Assembly (NCBI GenBank): GCA_016715365.1
Contig: JADKAM010000012.1
Span: forward strand, 34,785 to 98,784
Direction of reading: 5' to 3'
Origin: Chitinophagaceae bacterium
Lineage (GTDB): Bacteria > Bacteroidota > Bacteroidia > Chitinophagales > Chitinophagaceae
Length of the DNA stretch: 64,000 nt
Under the pieces are notes generated by a model that was not told where the DNA came from, ran no database searches, and saw only the letters and a list, made by a program, of their open reading frames with translations. A program made the translations under genes and the position numbers. Shown here one piece after another: positions 59,047 to 64,000 of the stretch (its first letter is position 1; each line of letters opens with the position of its first letter).

Positions 59047-59460
59047 CTATTTACTAAAAGTCATTTGCACTCCTAATCTCTCAGCAACCGTTTTCAAAAG
59101 CTCCCAGCCTTTACTACCCTTATAATAAATTATGTTTTGATAATCTTTAGGGGATCTTGTGTAACCAAAATCATCAATCTTTATAAGTCCAAAAATACCA
59201 GTAAGTGTAATGCTTTTTCCTTTTATTACGGCTGTTAAACGGCATTGGCCCGGTATTTTCGAAAACTCCCGGGGATAAGTTGTGAGTGTATCTACATTGT
59301 AATTATCCTTAACTATAAAATCCAGCTCAACCAGAGCAATTTTTACTTTTTTATAAATATCAACGCTGTCATTGAGTGTTACAATTATTTTTGTATCCTC
59401 ATTTTTTTGAGCATTAACCAGAAGTGGCAAAAGAAATAATAAAATGAGCAGCAGTTTCAT
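59047..59460 (-). CDS. Secreted hypothetical protein (137 aa)
   Basis: Signal peptide MKLLLILLFLLPLLVNA/Q; conservation with its paralog supports coding. Confidence 0.8.
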   Translation of the reverse strand: MKLLLILLFLLPLLVNAQKNEDTKIIVTLNDSVDIYKKVKIALVELDFIVKDNYNVDTLTTYPREFSKIPGQCRLTAVIKGKSITLTGIFGLIKIDDFGYTRSPKDYQNIIYYKGSKGWELLKTVAERLGVQMTFSK

Positions 59461-59506
59461 AGTTCAATGTTTAATTAAAAGTACAACATAAATATTTTTC
59501 TGCCCC

Positions 59507-59686
59507 CACTGGCGCAAGTGTTCTCTTCCACAATCAACAAATTCAAACGTAATGTTTGTGGGATCACTTGTGTCTACCAGTCCTGGCGGTCCTGAGCGAA
59601 GTCGAAGGGGCACCGCAGTTTACTTTAGCGAAACAATAAAGAGGCATTTATACAATGAGCAACCACAGGCTGCAATAGATAATAGT
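59507..59686. repeat. 180-nt direct repeat, copy A
   Basis: About 164/180 identical and ungapped versus 63117-63296 by manual alignment; contains TGGCGCAAGTG/CACTTGTG inverted REPs and a CCTGAGC..CGAAGG unit. Confidence 0.92.
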
Positions 59687-59738
59687 CCTGCTGCCTTGGG
59701 TGTTCTTAAAGGGGTTTGGTAACACTCACAAATTATTA

Positions 59739-62700
59739 TTACCTCATTAATAAAACTGTCCCTTTTTCGTTATTTTGAAATGAATTTAATTTGAAGTTGC
59801 ATACCCATGTATACGTACCGGTATCGGCCTCTTTACCTTTAAAAGTTCCATCCCAACCCGCTGTAATATCAGTAGTGTTAAATACCACCGAGCCGTATCG
59901 GTTTAAAATGATAAAATTGTATTTAGTTACGTTTCCAAAAATCGCTGGTTTAAAAATTTCATTTTTACCATCATGGTTTGGCGTAAATGCGGTGGGAATA
60001 TAAAATCCTCTGTAACATTCTTTGGGCAGTACCAAAATACTGTCTCTGCCCATACAATTTTTAGCGTCTGTTACCTGTAACCAATACAGGCCCGGTCCGG
60101 AGATTGTAATGATGGAAGTGGTGGAGTTGTTATTCCAGGTGTATTGATTATAATTATGCAAAGGAATAATCTGAAGCGTTGCGTTACGGCATATAGCAGT
60201 ATCGGCAGGTAAAAAATCAGCAGGCCGGGCATTTATATTCCTGATCTCAGTAGTATCTGAGCCCATGCAATTATTTATATCTGTAACTGCTACCCAGTAT
60301 TTGCCAATGCCCGAAACCTGTATTGTACTGGTAGTAGCTGCTGTATTCCATAAATAATTGCTGTAACCCGGGCCGGCATCCAGCATCTTAATATCGCCAA
60401 AACAAATATCCGGGTTCTTATCAAGACGCATAGCCGGTAAAGCATAAACATTTATTACCCGTAGCGTATCTGTGGATGTACAACCGTTTGCAGCAGTGCC
60501 AATGGCAATATAATTTCCGGTTGTAAAAACCGATACCTTTTGTGTATTGGCACCTGTGTTCCAGGCATACTGAATAAAGCCAGCTCCTGCATTTAAAATG
60601 GCGCTATCGCCGCTGCAAAAACTTTTATCCGCACCTAAATTAATTGGTATCGAATGGTTCACCTTAATATAAATGCTGTCATAAGCAAAACATCCCGGTG
60701 TTTTTTCTGCCCTAACAAAGTAAATGGTATCAACCATGGGCTGCACGATCACATTTTGTGCTGTTAGCGAATTTATATTGTATGCCGGTCCCCAGGCATA
60801 ATTTAAAAAGCCACCCGGTGCATTAATATGTACTGTATCTGCATTGCATTTTATCCTGTCTGCTCCAATATTAAAAATAATCGGCGGGGCTGCAGAAACT
60901 ATTATGGTATCGCTTGATGCATTACCGCAGCCATCAACCACATCAACATAATATGTTCCGGGTGTTGTTGCCGTGATTGCAGAACCTGTACCACCCGAAC
61001 TCCACAGGTATGATGCATAGCCGGAACCTGCGTTAAGTACTATGCTATTTCCAGGGCATATAGAAGTGTCTGAACCCAGGTTTACAATGGGCATAGATGC
61101 ATATACAACAACATGAACCGAGTCTGCAAGGTTTGCACAGGATTGTATGCCGGCATAAATATATCCCTGCCACGCCCCATTAAAAATAACCTGGTAGGTT
61201 GAATCATTTATTTGTATAAAAGACTGAACATAAGTAGGGTCGTAATTGAAATTAACATTGCTGCCACATTCCGGGTTTTTATGTGCAGTCAGCAATAACG
61301 GAGCAGATCCGCAAATGGTATCTGTGGAAGCAGTAAGTTTCATGGTATCGCAAAAAGAGGTAGATTGACAGCCAGGAACATAGACGGCACCCGTGTTTAC
61401 TGCCGTGATTGTTTTGTTGCTGCTTTCCACAAAATCGCCAGCCAGTATGGATGCGACACTTAAATTGATGTTGGGAATATAATTAAATGGCTGAATAAGA
61501 GATATTGGTTCATCTACCCCTGTACACGTTGACGAAGTATCTGAGATTTGTAATTTTAAAAATTCCATTTTGGAACCGGGAGCAGCACTGTTGCCCAAAA
61601 GCCTGGTCAATAGGTCAGCACCAGAGGAATGTTTAACCGCATAGTTTTCAAAATTCACAAATTCATCTACATATTGTCTTTTCCGTTCCTTTAATATAAC
61701 ATCATCATTAAACTGCAGGTAATGGATACCCGGGTTCGTTCCTCCGGGCGACATAGTAAATAATCCCTGTGTTATCCGGGAAAAGAGAGCATTTGATTGT
61801 ACTCAGGTTGCCCTGAACATTGTTTCTTATACAAAAGGCCTTTACAAAATTCAGGTTTTCATCAAACTCGCATACAGCTTGCTGGTAGTAAAGAGGAGCG
61901 GTGCCAAAGAACCCGTAACACCGCCCACTGATGCGGTAATGGCCATTGTTGAGTCTCACCATCGGATCGGTACCTAAAAAACTTAAATTGCATGCCTGGG
62001 CATCTGAAATGCTGTAGTATTTTGTTGCAATGGTATCGCCGTTTGTTTTATTGATCCGGTAAATGCCTACCCATGTAAAAGTGCTCACTGGTTATCTTTC
62101 CAAAGGAGATAATTTCATTCTGTAAAATGTCAATCCCAAATACATTCTCAACATAATTCCCATTGTTGGGATTATACATTTTACTCCATAAGATATTGCC
62201 GTTATTTTGATCCAGTTTGTTTATATTTCTTCCCGTAGCCCAATGCGGCCCGGTTAAATAAATATCGCCTGTACCCGGATCTTCTTTCATTTGCTGAACA
62301 TAATAATAATCGGCACTTCCTGTACCCCCGGTATCCAAACAATAGATTTGTAGGTTTTACTCCATATGATATTTCCGGTATTGTCAGTTTTGGTTAGTAA
62401 CAGGTCCTCATTACCACTAACAAGATTATTTGTTTTACCCACCAATATTAAATTGCCGTTTTGTAATTCAAGGGTTTTGTAATAATAGATAGTACTGTAT
62501 TCAACATGATTTAAACTGTCGTATGTTTTCCCCATATAACATTCCCGCTTTCATCGGTTTTCAAAACATATGCTTTATTCTGAACAAAACCGGTGGTGTA
62601 ATCAGAATAGGTTCCGGCAATAAGCAGCATGCCATTTGAAGTTTTACTAACTCCGTTTACATAAAAGTGAACAGAATCCTTTCTTAGAAAAAATCTGCCC

Positions 62701-62960
62701 GATGAGTCATAACAGGTAGTGTTTTGAAGAGAATTTAAATGAGGTACAGATGCTTTTTCAATTTGCAATTTGGTAACCTTATCAACTTTACCTGAAAAGT
62801 CCGGCTTATTTAACCGGTTTTGCGGTAACTGGGTCATAAAAACCAAAGAATCAAGCTGTGCAGGGTTTAACTTAAACGAAGCATTATTTTGACATTGTAC
62901 TGATTGACTGCAACACAAATAAATGCACAGTAAAAAAATGGTACGTGTTATAAATATGTT
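59739..62960 (-). pseudogene. T9SS type-B cargo protein (propeller-like N-terminus, repeats, gliding CTD) broken by four frameshifts
   Basis: ORF pieces 62511-62978, 62287-62535, 62048-62338, 61708-62088 and 59739-61754 join at ~62530, ~62336, ~62093 and ~61760. CTD YIPTAFTPNHDGKNE...GTVLLMR. Confidence 0.85.
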
Positions 62961-63116
62961 CATCAGAAAAAATGTCAATTATTACTGCCACAATATTAAA
63001 TAATTTATGTTATAATATTTTTATTTGTTGCAGGGTTCTTCCAAATGTTAAACCGCTTTAAACATTATGATGGCTCCATTGGCCACTCACTGGCAAGTGT
63101 TCCCTCCCACAATCCT

Positions 63117-63296
63117 CACTGGCGCAAGTGTTTCCTTCCACAATCAACAAATTCAAATGTAATGTACCTGGGATCACTTGTGTCTACAAGTCCTGGCGGT
63201 CCTGAGCGTAGTCGAAGGGGCACCGCAGTTTACTTTAGCGAAACAATAAAGATGTTTTTACACAATGGGTAACCACACACTGCAATAGATAATAGT
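63117..63296. repeat. 180-nt direct repeat, copy B (plus a partial tandem copy at 63088-63114)
   Basis: See copy A. Confidence 0.92.
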
Positions 63297-63343
63297 GACA
63301 GTAATAGAAATGATATTGCTTTTATTTTAGGTAAGGTTATGCC

Positions 63344-63408
63344 GCGGTTGCAAACCGCCAGAACTAGTTGGCACAAGTGACCTGCCTTCGGCAGAACACT
63401 TGCGCCAG
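63344..63408. repeat. REP-like hairpin cluster downstream of the rhodanese gene
   Basis: GCGGTT-gca-AACCGC, and TGGCACAAGTG-a-CCTGCCTTCGGCAG-aa-CACTTGCGCCA. Confidence 0.75.
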
Positions 63409-63436
63409 AGAAAGGCTGTTGATCAGTTAAACTCTC

Positions 63437-64000
63437 TCATTTTTTCGTTTTTTCCATCGGCAGCTTTTCATCACGGCTCCATTCCTGCATGCTGCCATCA
63501 TACACTTTTATAGTGTAGCCCAGTGAACGGCCTGCCAGGTAATCAACACAGGCAGTTTGTCCAATAAAACAATACAATACGAGCTCTTTAGTTTTATCAG
63601 GAGCCACTACGGAAAAATTCTTCTCCAGTATTGCTGCCGGTTTAATGCTATTGGCAGAGTCAACCATATCAGGATAAGGGATATTGAATGCACCGGTAAT
63701 ATGCCCGTCCCTGGGATTGCCGGTAACATCACCATCGTACCAGCGTTTCATTCTTGCATCTACCACCAGCTTTGTAGAAGTGTTTAATGCGCTTAATACA
63801 TAATCCTTGTTTACGAACACCGGGTTGATGGTGGCCACATAATTTCCTTTTTTATAAACAGAAGCTTTGTTGGTAACAGGGTATCCTGCTTTTTTCCATG
63901 CCTCTATACCTCCGTTTAAATAAGAGACTTTTCCCTGCAGTCCAAAATATTCCAGTGAGCAAAACATCCTTGAAGTGATGGTAACATCGCCACCCTTATG
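63437..64000 (-). CDS. Rhodanese-domain sulfurtransferase (SseA-like), 5' end outside the window
   Basis: YLNGGIEAWKKAG, VVDAR, GHITGA.NIP, LYCFIG, VYDGSMQEWS. Confidence 0.9.
   Translation of the reverse strand, partial: HKGGDVTITSRMFCSLEYFGLQGKVSYLNGGIEAWKKAGYPVTNKASVYKKGNYVATINPVFVNKDYVLSALNTSTKLVVDARMKRWYDGDVTGNPRDGHITGAFNIPYPDMVDSANSIKPAAILEKNFSVVAPDKTKELVLYCFIGQTACVDYLAGRSLGYTIKVYDGSMQEWSRDEKLPMEKTKK

Noticed and set aside
58675-59047. 67-nt elements as integron attC sites
   Set aside because: A GCTAAC follows one stop codon, but there is no paired RYYYAAC/GTTRRRY enclosing the element in both copies, and no intI.
63045-63272. 75-aa plus-strand ORF
   Set aside because: It is a translation of the 180-nt repeat; the equivalent frame is not preserved as a gene at copy A.

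Overview
Bacteroidota chromosome segment, Chitinophagaceae-like (inferred from T9SS/gliding genes, TAnnTTTG promoter boxes and codon style). The first ~57 kb is mostly core genes: envelope/peptidoglycan (L,D-transpeptidase, RlpA, OmpA, PBP1A, SprE/PorW, bactofilin, SprT), an ECF sigma/RskA/fasciclin module, sucC, PNP, a heavy-metal TonB locus, an ATP-grasp/GATase peptide-ligase locus, nagB/GH20 interrupted by a REP-flanked RAYT, pyk/pfkA, argS, an ABC-F, a NoeA/NoeB-like module with an unannotated 58-aa leader gene, and dnaK. Between dnaK and a rhodanese gene lies an AT-rich, repeat-punctuated accessory island (57.8-63.4 kb). It holds a doubly frameshifted TIR-RNAP alpha-CTD fusion (top candidate: anti-phage sensor/effector), a duplicated small gene bracketed by 67-nt hairpin elements, and a four-times frameshifted T9SS cargo gene bracketed by 180-nt direct repeats. 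Several short repeat families (heptamer arrays, REP-like hairpins) fill intergenic spaces and in places enter coding sequence in frame. I saw no rRNA, tRNA or CRISPR array. All family calls are from motif recognition, not database searches.
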